DNA of 20,370 bases from Sphaeroforma arctica JP610 (Eukaryota). Below, piece by piece: positions 1 through 12,009 of this stretch. The notes under the pieces were generated by a model. It made no database searches. It worked only from the letters and a program-made list of their open reading frames with translations, and was not told the DNA's origin. The translations under genes were made by a program, and so were the position numbers. Every line of letters begins with the position of its first letter. Positions within the stretch are counted from its first letter, which is position 1. Location of the stretch: positions 213,700 through 234,069 of the forward strand of contig NW_014040545.1 of assembly GCF_001186125.1 (NCBI RefSeq), in the 5' to 3' direction.

Positions 1-19
1 CCTGTCCGCCACGTAACAG

Positions 20-76
20 CCAGTTCGACCGGAATTCGATAGGGAGACATTACTCCACATCTCGCATGTCTGCGAA
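20..76 (+). CDS. EXOC2: Possible upstream internal exon of Sec5/EXOC2 (PVRPEFDRETLLHISHVCE)
   Basis: AG at 18-19, GTGTGT donor at 77, 57 nt, phase 0 compatible with the next exon. Peptide similarity is weak. Confidence 0.4.
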
Positions 77-271
77 GTGTGTGTGGATAAGTAAATCCGT
101 TGACCAAGCCGTACAGTACTCTCAATTGTGTCACTATTGTGTGACATTTTCGTTACCGGCCGCTTCTTCGTTCACTATACCATCGGCCTATGCATGCTAT
201 AGCGGGGCGGGTACTCATACGTATACCGCAACCCCATTCTGTCCTGCGTTGCACCGTAAACCATCCCACAG

Positions 272-460
272 CGAGGCCAACAGTCGCTGTACCAGAACAT
301 GTCGTTAGATCTACTCGCCTTCGAGTCACATCCCCCGAGCAGGTCGCAGCGACTGCTGATTGTGCTGGGGTCCATCAACTACCTTATCGACATTACTATA
401 CCGATGCTGGGCCAGATGTTTGAGAAGAAGTTTATGTGCTCTCTGATTGCGATGTTACAG
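272..460 (+). CDS. EXOC2: Exocyst complex component 2 (Sec5), internal exon
   Basis: cccacag acceptor, GTAAGT donor at 461. Peptide ...PPSRSQRLLIVLGSINYLIDITIPMLGQMFEKKF matches the recalled EXOC2 motif QRLLIVLSN..YL...F..I...FEK. Confidence 0.85.
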
Positions 461-908
461 GTAAGTGCACACATGCGTGTGGATACCCTATTCAGGATTT
501 TAGAGTGCCGCTCTCTGTCGGTGTAGGTGGGTGGGGAAATGGTGTTATATCTGCAACTTACTTGTTTTTCTTGTGTCTCGCGCCAATGTTTTCTATACCT
601 GTTTATCTTCGGCGCCTAGGGCCGGGGTTCAGTGATGTACTCGTGTCCGCGCATGCGCATTCGCATTGTGGGATGCGATGTAGTTGCCATGACGCGCGTC
701 ATTTGATCATGATTCAGGCAACGAACTTGAAGCTGTCAGCAATCGTCAATATCTGACCAAATGGCGCAAATTCTGTACCTTCGTCAAATACGGCGTTGTG
801 GTGCGTGGCAATGTAGCGCTGCTTTTGTGCATTTCCCGGGAGAAAAAGTGCTCAAAATCACACATATTCTGCCGTGAAGTTTGCTCAATTCTTCATCACA
901 CCAAATCG

Positions 909-926
909 CACACACACACACACACA
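909..926. repeat. (CA)n microsatellite abutting a splice acceptor
   Basis: cacacacacacacacaca directly before the G of the acceptor at 927. Confidence 0.9.
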
Positions 927-927
927 G

Positions 928-1092
928 CAACCTCTGCGAAAATTAAAACTGCTGGCTCTAGACATCAACGACGACTACGTGCGCACCAACACAGAACGAC
1001 TGATTGCCATTATCGATGAGGGCGTGAAGGATGACTCGCTGCTGCAGAAGAAACCATGCGGAATAAGACAGTTCGTAAAGGACGTGATTCTG
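928..1092 (+). CDS. EXOC2: Sec5/EXOC2 internal exon
   Basis: (CA)n-cag acceptor, GTGTGT donor at 1093, 165 nt phase 0. QPLRKLKLLALDINDDYV...KPCGIRQFVKDVIL resembles EXOC2 P.GVRNYLKEAL. Confidence 0.85.
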
Positions 1093-1706
1093 GTGTGTCG
1101 ATTGTGCTGGATATAGGTAGATTTTACATATGCTCTGATTTGTCGAAGATCTAGATTTGTGTTTCTATACAGATGTACCCCTATATTTGTACCTCGATCA
1201 TGTACGAACGTGTACTCAGTTTCTTATTTTAGCGTGCATCTGGTAAATTGAAACTTACCTGGGCTGATTGTGATGTTAGCTTGTGCTGTATGCAATGGGG
1301 CCCCTCGATGTATGCTGAGTTTATGTCTCGAGCAGAGGCAGGTCAGTTGAAAAATGAATAGGCTGTACATGGCAATGCTTCGTGCTAGTGGAGTTTCTGT
1401 CCAATCACTTTTCGATGGTGTCTGAAAGCGGGTCATATTTACATCCGCAACCATATGAATATATAGGCTTTACCGGGTTGATTAGGATCTGTTGTGAAAG
1501 TTGAGTGTGTATTTTGAGCGATATCGTGTCCGTACCTCTTGAAGTATGCGAACACCCGATTATTTGTAACGCATTCTGCATAGATTTCAGGCGGGTATTA
1601 CATTGCGTTATTTTGTGATTCAATCAATCCCGTTTGTATCTGTTCTGTATCGCTAAAACTACTTTTCCATCAAATATTTTCTTGCCTCCATCTCATCTCT
1701 CCCCAG

Positions 1707-1773
1707 GGTCTGGTAACAGTGCATTCCGAGGTGACTTCCATTGACAGATCGTATTGTCGGACGATGATTGAAG
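1707..1773 (+). CDS. EXOC2: Sec5/EXOC2 internal exon
   Basis: Polypyrimidine ccccag acceptor, GTATGG donor at 1774. GLVTVHSEVTSID matches the EXOC2 ..VHAEV motif. Confidence 0.85.
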
Positions 1774-1916
1774 GTATGGTGAAATTTTGTCGCCCTCTCT
1801 GGCTAGTGAGTGCGGAATTTTGATCTTCAGACTACGTAAAAAGATATACACATACTGCCCTCTAATTTATAGTTGTTTAGTATACTGACAGGTTTTTTAT
1901 TTTCAATTTCATTCAG

Positions 1917-2011
1917 GTTTACAAGATAATATAGCAGACGGCATTTGTATCATCATTGATGGGATGGAGATCACCTTACAGCAGTACCAGCAAATACATA
2001 TGGACCTGAAG
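1917..2011 (+). CDS. EXOC2: Sec5/EXOC2 internal exon
   Basis: ttcattcag acceptor, GTATAG donor at 2012. Phase 1 start fits the previous exon. Peptide (G)LQDNIADGICIIIDGMEITLQQYQQIHMDLK. Confidence 0.8.
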
Positions 2012-2477
2012 GTATAGTTCATCCTGTATATAGACTCCTCGCGTGAATCCTTAAGTGATACTGTTGTGCCTGACCATGATGCGTTGGTTGGTTGCTTGCG
2101 GGTGTTATTTTTTTTCCCCTCAGTGTAAATTTTTGAGGTAATTCAGAAATACTCTGCACAATAACAGACATACTCTGCACAAATTTTTTTCCCAGTGCAT
2201 TCGGTTTGTGACCTGCTTTCGCTGTCCAAATGTATTTACTAATAACGAGAAAAGTGCGCAACAATTCTAGATTTTTTTGCTAGGGGTTTTATGGTGTCAG
2301 TGATCAATAGCAAATGTGGACCACACAATATATCGGTTTCGCCTCCAATCCGAATGATTGTTTGTTGACTTTTCAATGAATTAGGGCCATCCACTTACAA
2401 CTCGAACATCGGTCCGCAAGCTTTCTTTAGTACAAGTTATCTAAGATTCCTGCATAATTCTGATGATTGCTATTCAG

Positions 2478-2612
2478 ATCCTGTCGATAGCGATGGGGAG
2501 TTACAACACGACAAGATCCAAATCTTTAATGAAAGATGCCTTCAGATTGCTGAAGGGCAAAGTTACTGAATGCAAACCGTACGCCGTTCCTGACGAAATT
2601 GAGATTCTAGCA
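2478..2612 (+). CDS. EXOC2: Sec5/EXOC2 near-terminal exon (3' end uncertain)
   Basis: tattcag acceptor. ILSIAMGSYNTTRSKSLMKDAFRLL resembles the EXOC2 C-terminal region. Possible donor GTATGT at 2613, otherwise reads to the stop at 2645. Terminal exon not resolved. Confidence 0.7.
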
Positions 2613-4681
2613 GTATGTTTTATGAAGGAGATAAGTTGTTATTGATTTAGCACACCGCATTATACGTGTCTACGTCAGGGATTACTAAAATTCACAATGG
2701 GTGTGTCGTATAATTCCGCATGCTATATTCTTCATCTGGCGTGTTATTTTCCTATAAAGTTGTGACTCTCACTGCCTAATGAAATTAAGAGTTTGTTTAC
2801 TATTGACCCAGATTAGTGCTATTGTGTTTCAATCTGCTCATGTGTGATAATTCTCTATGCTTTGTGATTATTTATGTCATCTAACTTACATCAGGACTTG
2901 TCGATATTGCAAGGTTTATTAATATAGTTTGAGTTTTCTGTTCAATTCCTCGTGTGTTTGATACTATGTACTATGTAGTTGTTTTAAAGCACCTTATGTT
3001 CATTTTGAGTTTATTTCGATAACCCTTCCTGCAGCATTATGACAAATTAGTTGTGCGCGCATGCTCTGGTACTTTGAATTGGTATTTTGGACGTATATAA
3101 TGTACTATTTATTGTGTTGCTTTATGGACGAAAAACATACTTTCTAGGTATATCTGAAATTGCGAGTATGATGTGCCTAGCATAAAAATCTCAAAAAATT
3201 TGCAAGCAGTTCATGGTGGGGCGGTTAGTGGGCTCTGCCTCTCCATCGAAGTATTGATTTTATCGTGGTTTATTCACGAAGCTTGAAGTCTTCTCTCACA
3301 TGTCGATATTGCATCGATCAACGGCAACCTATCAGAAGCTCATTCTTTTCATGTATTTACTCCCCTCCTGTGCATTGGAAACACTCAACTGTGTCGATAC
3401 CGAATATAGAAATTCGAACAACAGATGACCTTTACTTTGATGTGCTTAGAGGGCTGATAAGATGTTAAAATGTCAATAAATAAATAATTTACCTGATAAT
3501 TGCTGGTAAAAAACGAGCAAGTTTTTATCGATGTGCGTTCATTTTTACACGTCGATGTTTCTGTGCTAATTATTTTGCGCCCAACTTAGGATAGTATCGT
3601 ATGTACTTGATAATGCGGCACCAGAAATACTTTGAACCCAAATGTTCACCCGATCTATGTCTAACGTCTTACTGTAGGTTCCTTGAGAATACGTTGTGAC
3701 CACCATCCCTCTGCATATCAAAAATCAGAGGCCCTTTCTTCTAGAAATGAATATCTGGTGAATGTATTCCGCTTTTCAAAATCATGTCAAGTTACAGAAC
3801 ACATACGGACATTTTATGCATTTTCCGCACACAAGTTTATACTTTGAAGACAGGTTTGAAAATACAACTGGTCGCTGATTATCGTGGAATGCCTGAAATT
3901 CACTACAACGTATCGAATAGAACGTCATTCGACGCGTAACCCATTGCAAAAATTAAGCTCAAAGGTACTTTCGCTATTTTCGAGGATTGATCCGTTGCGT
4001 ACCAACTACACTTGTCTGAGCTTGAGTCCTGTGTATAATTGAAGCACTGTAGATCTACCGGGAAGCGGTTTCTACCAGTAATAACGCTCAGGCTAGACGG
4101 TACTGTCATAGAATAAGCAACAGCAATCTAATAAGAAACTGCAAAAATGGTTTGGGAATGTAGATCGGTAGCCGAAGTCATCGAGATCTTTTACTGAATT
4201 GGTCAAATTTTTATGAACTTCAAATATGTGAGAAGTTACAATTTCCCTTTTCAACGTCTGAGTTTTTATCTATAACTTACTAAAATATGTGCTGTATCAT
4301 ACTGTGTCTGTACTGAACGGGAATGGTCGGATGCTGGTATCTGATAAGCCAGTTCAAAACACCTATATCACAGCCGCTTTGAACTGGTCGATGTGCAACT
4401 CTGCAGAAAGTAGCAGGCTTTAGATTGATACTACTTTGTGATAGCGTGTAGGGTAGGAGACTATAAGCAATGTGTAGATGTGTCTTTTAAGAATAAAATT
4501 TTTTATGATCTCACCATCAGTCATATACTGAGGGTGTCTGTACTAATGTTCAACCACTTGGATTGGCTAGGGGAAAATCTCATACGATCAGTATGAGAAT
4601 CATTGTGCAGACATACTTCCCCTTGTTTAATTTTCACTTCCCCTTTTTTATTTTTCATCACGGACCTTCTGATTTTAAATT

Positions 4682-5704
4682 TTGGAATCCGAAACGTCTT
4701 TTCAGCTAAGCCGAGGTCACCAGTGCCGAGGTCACCAAGAGAAAACTGTGGACCTCGAATCCCTCCTCAGTAGACCGCCACACGACAATCATACTACTAC
4801 ATTTCAATTTGGTGTGAGCTCACCTCAACAACCAACAAATTATGCCACTGTGAACACTACACCGGCAAAACGCTTGCGCACCAATGAGCCACGTGACATT
4901 GAAGTTGCCAGCTACCGTTCCAAAGTAGCTAAATCCACAAAACCGTCCCCTAAAACACGACCATCCCCTCCAATACCAAAATCAACAGCCCGCCCATCAG
5001 GTTCTGAAGCATTCATGTCACAAATGACGGGTCGCCAGCTGCCGGAAAAATGTCTAGGCGAATTGGCGGATACAACTCCTGTCTGGCTCTTCTTCAAAGC
5101 AGTATTTCCAAATGACAAGCCTCCCTCACGATTTACCTTCGAGAAGTGTGGCGCTCCCACCCTAGTCTGAATCGTTACCATCTTTCTAGAAAAAGACCTA
5201 TATATCACTTTCTCTGTTGCGTACTCTCGGGCTGGCAGATGGTCCACGTACTCTCGGGCTGGCCGATGACCGATGGCCCAATGGGCAATATGAGAACAGG
5301 TCATTATAATCCGTTAACTTCTGTAGTCTCTTTGTTTTAACCCGCGGGACCCTTGCGTATTTACAAGTTCGTTATCGATTCTAAAAGTCTTCAGGAGCTT
5401 GACGGACTGAATTTATTGACTAAACATAAATTGATACCAGCCAGAAGAAGAAATTTATTTGCTTACAAATCTCCCCGATCACTTCGAACGCAGTTCTACC
5501 TTTCACCATTTGTTCACTACGATCACGTTTTGACCTGTTTACTTTTGGCCCACTCATCCTATCTTGACGGAAAAATGTTATCGAAAAATATTATGTTCGA
5601 TTACTCTGGAGCTGAGTATCGCAACTTATACAACAAGAACATAAAAAAATATTTCATTTCATTTTATGCGCGCAGTTAGTAAACCTTAACCCTAAACCCC
5701 TAAT
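4682..5704 (+). other. Unidentified ORF relic (P/S/T/K-rich), possibly TE-derived (gag/ORF1-like)
   Basis: 162-aa low-complexity ORF and a downstream 108-aa ORF with no visible introns, short internal duplications, ending near taaaccttaaccctaaacccctaa. No diagnostic motif. Confidence 0.25.
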
Positions 5705-7227
5705 TAGCACTTTAGATCAAGAAAATGCATCGAGTAAAAGCGCTAGGTTTGATGTCAGAATGCACTAAGATACAGATTCCAATATGGTAATTTAATGTAG
5801 ACAAATCGTTGGGATCAACAAGTCAAAATTACTATCATTACTTTTAAACCGTACTTTATCAAAAACGATGAAAGCTATACTAAACCGTGTTGATCCGCAT
5901 TTCGTTATTGTTCGCAAACACAGTCAGTTCTCAATCAAAATTTTATCGATATAACGTACTGCCAGTATATAGAATTCAAAGCAGCGTCGCATAGCACTTT
6001 TGTAATTAATGTCGGTTCATTCTATACAATAGCATATACATCTGCAAGGTACGAATACTCGAATAGTACTCGAAATAATACACAGCGAAATGGGCATGTA
6101 AGCTGCGGTACATTGCCTTCATTTGAACTTTGCAAGGTGTAAATGCTGCTGTGTAGAAGACAAAGTGATTAGATTTGCGCAGTACAAGATTGCATATCAA
6201 ATTACTTCCAGTTACTATTTTCAGCTGTATAACCAGATTGCTGGTGTGGAGCACTTTAAAGTGGGTTTGTGCAGTACAACCTTTCTGTTGGTACATAACA
6301 TTGCGTCACATTGGGATAATGGCATTTTCCTCTGTACAACTGACATGCTGATGTCGGTGATTAGAACATTTCTTCTCGGAAAGCGACTTCGCTATTCATC
6401 ACATTATATGTACCACATATTTGGTCATTTCGAGGTGAACATAAATCTGTTACAGACAATGCAATATCTGAACCGAAAGGAAGCGGTTATATTTCCTGGA
6501 ATAAGGAAAACAATAAAGAGACCTTCGGTTAAGAACTTTGGTTTGACCTGCAGGCTAGATAGATCTTGTTCTTGCACGGGGCAATGTGTTGAGAATATTC
6601 TTATTCAGGGGTGGTATTGATCACTTCTATCCAGGAACAAATGACTGTCGCACGACAGTATTGTTAAACTTTCAATACCTATTGTCTTTTGAGGAGTAGT
6701 TAAAGATCGAAAAATACCTCTTATTGAACGTACGGGCAGTGCAGGTAGATAGATACACCCCCCCCATCCAAATAGAGTATTTTGTATTATATAAGCTATG
6801 ACTGTCTACTTCGAGTCTGCATGTTTCTAGCCCAAAATTTGGAATAGTATGCCGGTAAGTTTGTTTACTGTCGTAGTGGGCATATTATTTTGATTTTGAT
6901 CGATTCGCCAAAAGATCCAAAGATGACATTGTTCTGGAAATCATTGTATTTCCAAATTTTATAATCCTAATAATATCGTTTCCGAACAAAAAGGGATACT
7001 TGGGATATCTTGAATACAAGAGCGGGATATACTAATGTTGTCGTACACTGGTCAATACAAAAATAGGGTATTTTCAAGCTTGTACCTCAGTAGTCCCAGT
7101 ATTTAAAGACGACATTCAACCTTCTTACTGTGTGGTGCACCGATAGTTTGCCTTTGTGTCTACATAAATGTATTAGTAAGTGTATACTGATATTGAGAGC
7201 AATGTAACGTTTGTCTTAGTTTAAACA

Positions 7228-7712
7228 AACAGCTGGGGCCAGTGGAAAGACAAAGTACCTTTTTCGTTATCTCAACTGTGCGCATCACATGCTGGGAACG
7301 ACAAACTTGCATATGTAGCATTGCTTTCATACTGCCACTGATGGATATGTATGCATATGCTGATATCTTGAAATACAAAACTCTTGTCTAAATCTGGTGT
7401 CTTTATCTTGATAAATAGCTGGGGTCTAGAAACAACAAAGTACCTCTTTCGTAATCTCAACCGCGTCCATCGATGGTGAGGTAAGCCAAACTTGCATATG
7501 TAGCATTGCTTACTTGCTGTCGTCGATGGATATATATGCCTATACTGATATTTAGAGAAGAATTCTCAAGATCACCAGTTAGGGTCAGTAACGACAAGGT
7601 ACGACATTCGTAATCTCAACCGCATCGATGGCGTGATGGTATGCTAGGCATGCCAAACTTATAATTGTTACAAATGCTGCCTACTTATTGTCAGATGGAT
7701 GCAAATATCTAT
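7228..7712. repeat. Three degenerate tandem copies of a ~160-190 bp unit
   Basis: Recurring blocks acaaagtacc...ttcgt(a/t)atctcaac, caaacttgcatatgtagcattgctt and gatggata, starting near 7230, 7417 and 7577. Confidence 0.75.
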
Positions 7713-8029
7713 GCTTTTCACAATGTTGTTTAAATCTAGCAAACAACTAGCGAAGAGTACGAAAAATAAAATGTGAAGAAGAAATGAGGTGGTACTAATA
7801 CCGGTGCTGATTGAAAGTCGAATTTCTAAATTATACGCCACACACACTCGCCTCCAGTCAGATGGATGCACATATCTATTCTTTTCACAATGTTGTTTAA
7901 ATCTAGCAAACAACCAGCGAAGAGTACGAAAAATAAAAATGTGAAGAAGAAATGAGGTGGTACAAATACCGGTGCTGATTGAAAGTCGAATTTCTAAATT
8001 TTACGCCACACACACTCGCCTCCAGTCAG
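7690..8029. repeat. Near-perfect tandem duplication (167/168-bp unit)
   Basis: 7690-7856 vs 7857-8024 differ by a few substitutions and a 1-nt indel. GTCAG occurs at all three boundaries. Confidence 0.95.
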
Positions 8030-8253
8030 CTCACCTTATTTGGCACGAAAGCTGTGATTCAACTAGCCCAAGAAGCAATGGGCAGCGTACCCTCTTCTTC
8101 AACTACATCGATGGAGCAGGGTCCGGGGATATATATGCGGTTGCTATTCGGGCCTTATCGATGGAGGTAATGGTCCGACAGACGAACATCAACAGACTAC
8201 GCACACAAATGTTAGTAGTCGCAATGAAATAAATGAAGAAGGAAATCATCTTT

Positions 8254-8297
8254 CCCCCCTGCCCCCCCCCCCCCCCCTCCCACACACACACACACCC
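8254..8297. repeat. Poly-C tract plus (CA)n microsatellite
   Basis: Read directly from the sequence. Confidence 0.9.
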
Positions 8298-8780
8298 GAT
8301 GGTTTTATTGTTTTATTGCTACTACAGGTGTTTCAGTGAGTACTTCTCTCTCTACGACTTCAGCGACTAGAATTGATTTGAATCGGAATGCAAGTGTTCG
8401 TACACTGGTGATAAGTACTTCCAGGACACAAACAAAAGCTGATCTAAACGATTCGTCCGATATAAATCCTTCCCAGCCGAATACGTCCAGCAACACTATC
8501 TCCATTCATACGACAATCAAGACAACTAATATTGTTGGCGACTACCTTGAAACATGTATCAGGACGTACCGTATTCAGACAAAGCGATGTGACAGTGACA
8601 ACTATGTATTTGTTACCAACAGTATGTGGATACGTGCTCCTGAATTAATTTAAAAAAATAATTAGTTCAAAAGTCACAAACTTGATTCCTGATGCATATT
8701 ATTATCTCGTTTTTGTTTGTTTTTTTGTGAATGCCAGATGTATATTTCGGCCTTCGTGTGAGTCATAGGATACCGTCAGC

Positions 8781-9099
8781 TGTAGAGGTCAACACACAAG
8801 GAATGATAGTTAACATTCAGTTTATTGGTTGTGCCTCCGAGTTTACTAGTTGAATGATCGGGCACAAATGTGTGTTGCTTCCTAAGTATCCTTCTCGTCG
8901 AAGAATCCTCGCCATTGTTGACCCTCCCCTGGACATCCTCGGACACTGGTTCACCCTCGGTTCTTCCCCTTGAACACCTCGCGGCCATCCACATCCTTAT
9001 TGTCTCCCGGTACGGTCAACTATCTAGCACAACACTCCTCCAGGTCTACAACGACACCTACCTACGGAGAGGTCCACCAATGTATCCCATCCTCTAACA
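8781..9099 (-). repeat. Candidate 3' LTR of the old element (alternative inner boundary 9330)
   Basis: TGTAGAGG...CCTCTAACA imperfect terminal inverted repeat, PPT-like GGGAGAGG on minus at 9102-9109, AATAAA on minus at 8821-8826. The alternative end GGTTACA at 9330 would include a TATA-like site near 9153. Confidence 0.55.
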
Positions 9100-9397
9100 C
9101 ACCTCTCCCACAACCTCTGCTCCTCCAACCTGTCAATCACTCTCTACCACTTATATCAGCTGTCAATCAACGGAGTACTGATCTCCGTCGGTTCGGTACT
9201 ACACCAATACCGAACTCTAGTACTGTCGGACCTTACATCCCCCCAGGAACGGGATGCTGTCGCATCAGCGTTCCTTAGAGCTGACAGACTGGACTCAAAC
9301 GTTATAGTATAATGAATAAAGCAGGTTACAATCCCGTGAACGCATGCCTATAATCCATATTGTTCATATATCGGTTGACAGACTCGTTCAAGCTCGG

Positions 9398-10815
9398 CTA
9401 TCGTATCCTTACCGCTGAAACGAGTGCGGTCGTACAGACAGTATGGGGATGTAAAATATCAAATGACAGTACAGACAGCTCACTAACCCTGGCGAACACG
9501 ATTCTCCTTGCGAACTCCCCACTGTAGCAATTTCTTTCTGCGATACTGAAAATTGCGCTACGCCAAGCAGGTACAAACCGCGCACCAATATGCTGAGCCA
9601 CCAGCTCCGGATCTCTCTCCTGCAAGGACTCCGTACGCTGATGCTGATGGGTATGCGTGAGTGCCACCCACCGATGCCAATACGTGTTGACACCATTCTG
9701 CCAGGAAGCTGCTTCGGCACTGGTGCTAAAAGCACGAACTATCCCCTGCCGCTCCTGGTCACCCGCGTCCTTGAACGGGCTCTCATACATCAGCCAGTTG
9801 GTGTACACCGTGCCTGATAGGCAACGATGTGCTTTTCCCCGCTCTGGCTCAACAATGGGTATGCGATAGGCTCTCATGTCAGTAATGTGGACACTATATA
9901 ACTTGCCACTAACCCTCATGCGCACGTTATGGTACACCGGCGGATCTAATGCGACCTCATCCACCGGACCTACGCAATCTGCCTGGGATTTGTGCGGGGT
10001 TCTCGCGGGACGGAACATAACTACCCGTCCCATATTGAACACGGGCACGTCAACTCGCCACTTATTAGCAGCCCGTGCCTGTGCCAACTGGGCTTTATCG
10101 CCCATATCCCATGCCTTCTCGTCCAAATCTGTTCGCCCAGATCGGTCCGCAACAATCCACCAGCTCCGCATCAGCGAGATGAGAAAACACCCGACCATTT
10201 GTGGCCAGAGTATACGGCGCCATGCCTGTAGTAGACGACCAAGTCGAGTTGTATGCCGAGATGAAATCGGCTACCGCATCCGGCCAGGAGGCTTCCCGCC
10301 CTTTGGGCAAAAACCGTGACAACCATCAACTAGCCCATTGCCCTGGTGGCGGCCTTTCTGGACCGGATGAACCCGGATATTGCGCTCTGAACACCAGGAC
10401 GTGAACTGTTCTCATTAATGATGAGTTGTCTGGGCCAACCCCATGGTGTAATTTGCTGTTCAACAAACCGCTTTGCTTCCTCATACGTATGTTCATGACG
10501 CCTCATCGGACGGCCCACCGCCATGCGAGACATTCGACATACACCTAACAAAATGAAATTATACCCATCCGGACTCGGCGCATGGTATTATTAGTCCAAG
10601 TGCCACTACACTCCAAACGCCTTCGCACGAGGCGGTTGACACAGCAACCCTTGCCGTAAACCCACCGAAGCACCACGGCGAGCGATACATACTGTGCACG
10701 TGTCAACAATATCCGCTAACAAGCCTTTCGGGAAAATCCACCCCAACTTTTCTTGGAACAGGCCTCGGAGTCTCTCCGGACGTGCACACATGTATCGATA
10801 ATGTATCAATCAGAC
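9398..10815 (-). pseudogene. Degenerate Gypsy integrase (Zn finger, core, GPY/F-like, chromodomain-like tail)
   Basis: Frameshifted pieces: H...DIVDTCTVC; FGV.ALGL; YNFILLGVCRMSRMAVGRPM; FVEQQITPWGWPRQLIINE; AYNSTWSSTTGMAPYTL; FNMGRVVM..VGPV..VHITDMRAY. Catalytic Asp residues appear lost. Confidence 0.8.
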
Positions 10816-10864
10816 CGCACTTAGCACGGTGCGTGGCTGTACTCGAACCCCACGCTACCAGGTC

Positions 10865-11902
10865 TCAACTTAACAAGCTCGTCCAAAACTCCTGGCAACA
10901 AACGTAGAGGCGGCCGTTTTGGACGAGGCACCTCGACCCGTTTGAACAAAACCGACACTGCTGGTCTATCATCCTCCACCCTGTCCGAAACCGTAAACGC
11001 CGATTGATCTGTGGTTCATACCTCAACCCAGTGTGAGACAACCGTTCTACATCCTTGGAATCCATAGAAGCGTCAGCGACCGGCTCGTCGTGACGCTGCT
11101 GAAACAGCTGGAATTGCTGTAAAGCCATCAATAGTTGCTCGGACCACTCCTGAGCATCCACGAAAGCCTCTGGCACTTCAACCCCATCATCCATGCCACC
11201 TGGTACTAACTCCTCTGCCTCGCGCTGTGCCATCCGCTGCTGCCAACACTGGTCTGACAGGCGTTCTTTCGATACACCGAGTGGATCTCCCAGACCATCC
11301 GACCCCTCTTCAGGTACCATCCCCGAAGAGTCCGTCCCCAAACCACGTCCCTGGGACATGCTGTCCTCGACAGCCACGTCACCGCATGCAGGGCTCACTG
11401 CTTCCTCAGACAGCAACCATGGAATGCCCTCGACGACAGGCTCCATGTTGGCCTCGGTATGGCTGGACCCCTTGTACCAACAACTATCGTCACGCAACAG
11501 ATTACCCCTGAGGGCCGGCCCTGTCCTGGCCGTCGTATCATGTTGTCCAGATTGCACCGCGCCTAAGCCACTGTCGACCGCAGAACCTGGCCCAGAACAA
11601 ACCAGAGTACCCTCGGGCGGGACACTGTCCACCAAACCCTGAGACACATGCCCCCCCAACGTGGTTTCCCCCGGCCCCGATAGAGAACTACCCAATATAC
11701 AAGGTTCCACACTGTCAGCACTTACCTGAGACCGGTCGGCATCCACTATCACCGGGGACTCCTCGACAACTAGCTCCAGACCCATATCCGCCGGCTGCAT
11801 CAACTCTCCTTCACCGTCATCCCCAGATTCTTCCCGCGGTTTGGCATCCGTCGGCTCCCGACCGGCCATAATGGGGGCAAAACTCTCGGCCGTCGACTCC
11901 AT
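10865..11902 (-). other. 345-aa acidic low-complexity ORF, pol spacer between MTase relic and integrase
   Basis: Uninterrupted D/E/G/S-rich frame on the same strand and in the position between MTase relic and integrase Zn finger. Confidence 0.55.
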
Positions 11903-12009
11903 ACGACGCTGTTACTCATTCTCCTGGCTCGCTCGAAGATGCTGACGCAAGCAGTCACCATCAGTGGAATCCGCCTCCGACGCAGCCGACGCCCGAGCCT
12001 GTGCCCGGG

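Noticed and set aside
6123..6620. 165-aa plus-strand ORF
   Set aside because: TTG start, no recognisable motif or splice support. It may belong to a decayed gene, but this is unsupported.
7228..8029. CRISPR-like array
   Set aside because: Units are 160-190 bp whole-unit duplications with no repeat-spacer structure, in a eukaryotic context.
8781..9330. Independent plus-strand solo LTR
   Set aside because: Flanks (cagc vs atcc) give no TSD, and the position fits the 3' end of the old minus-strand element.
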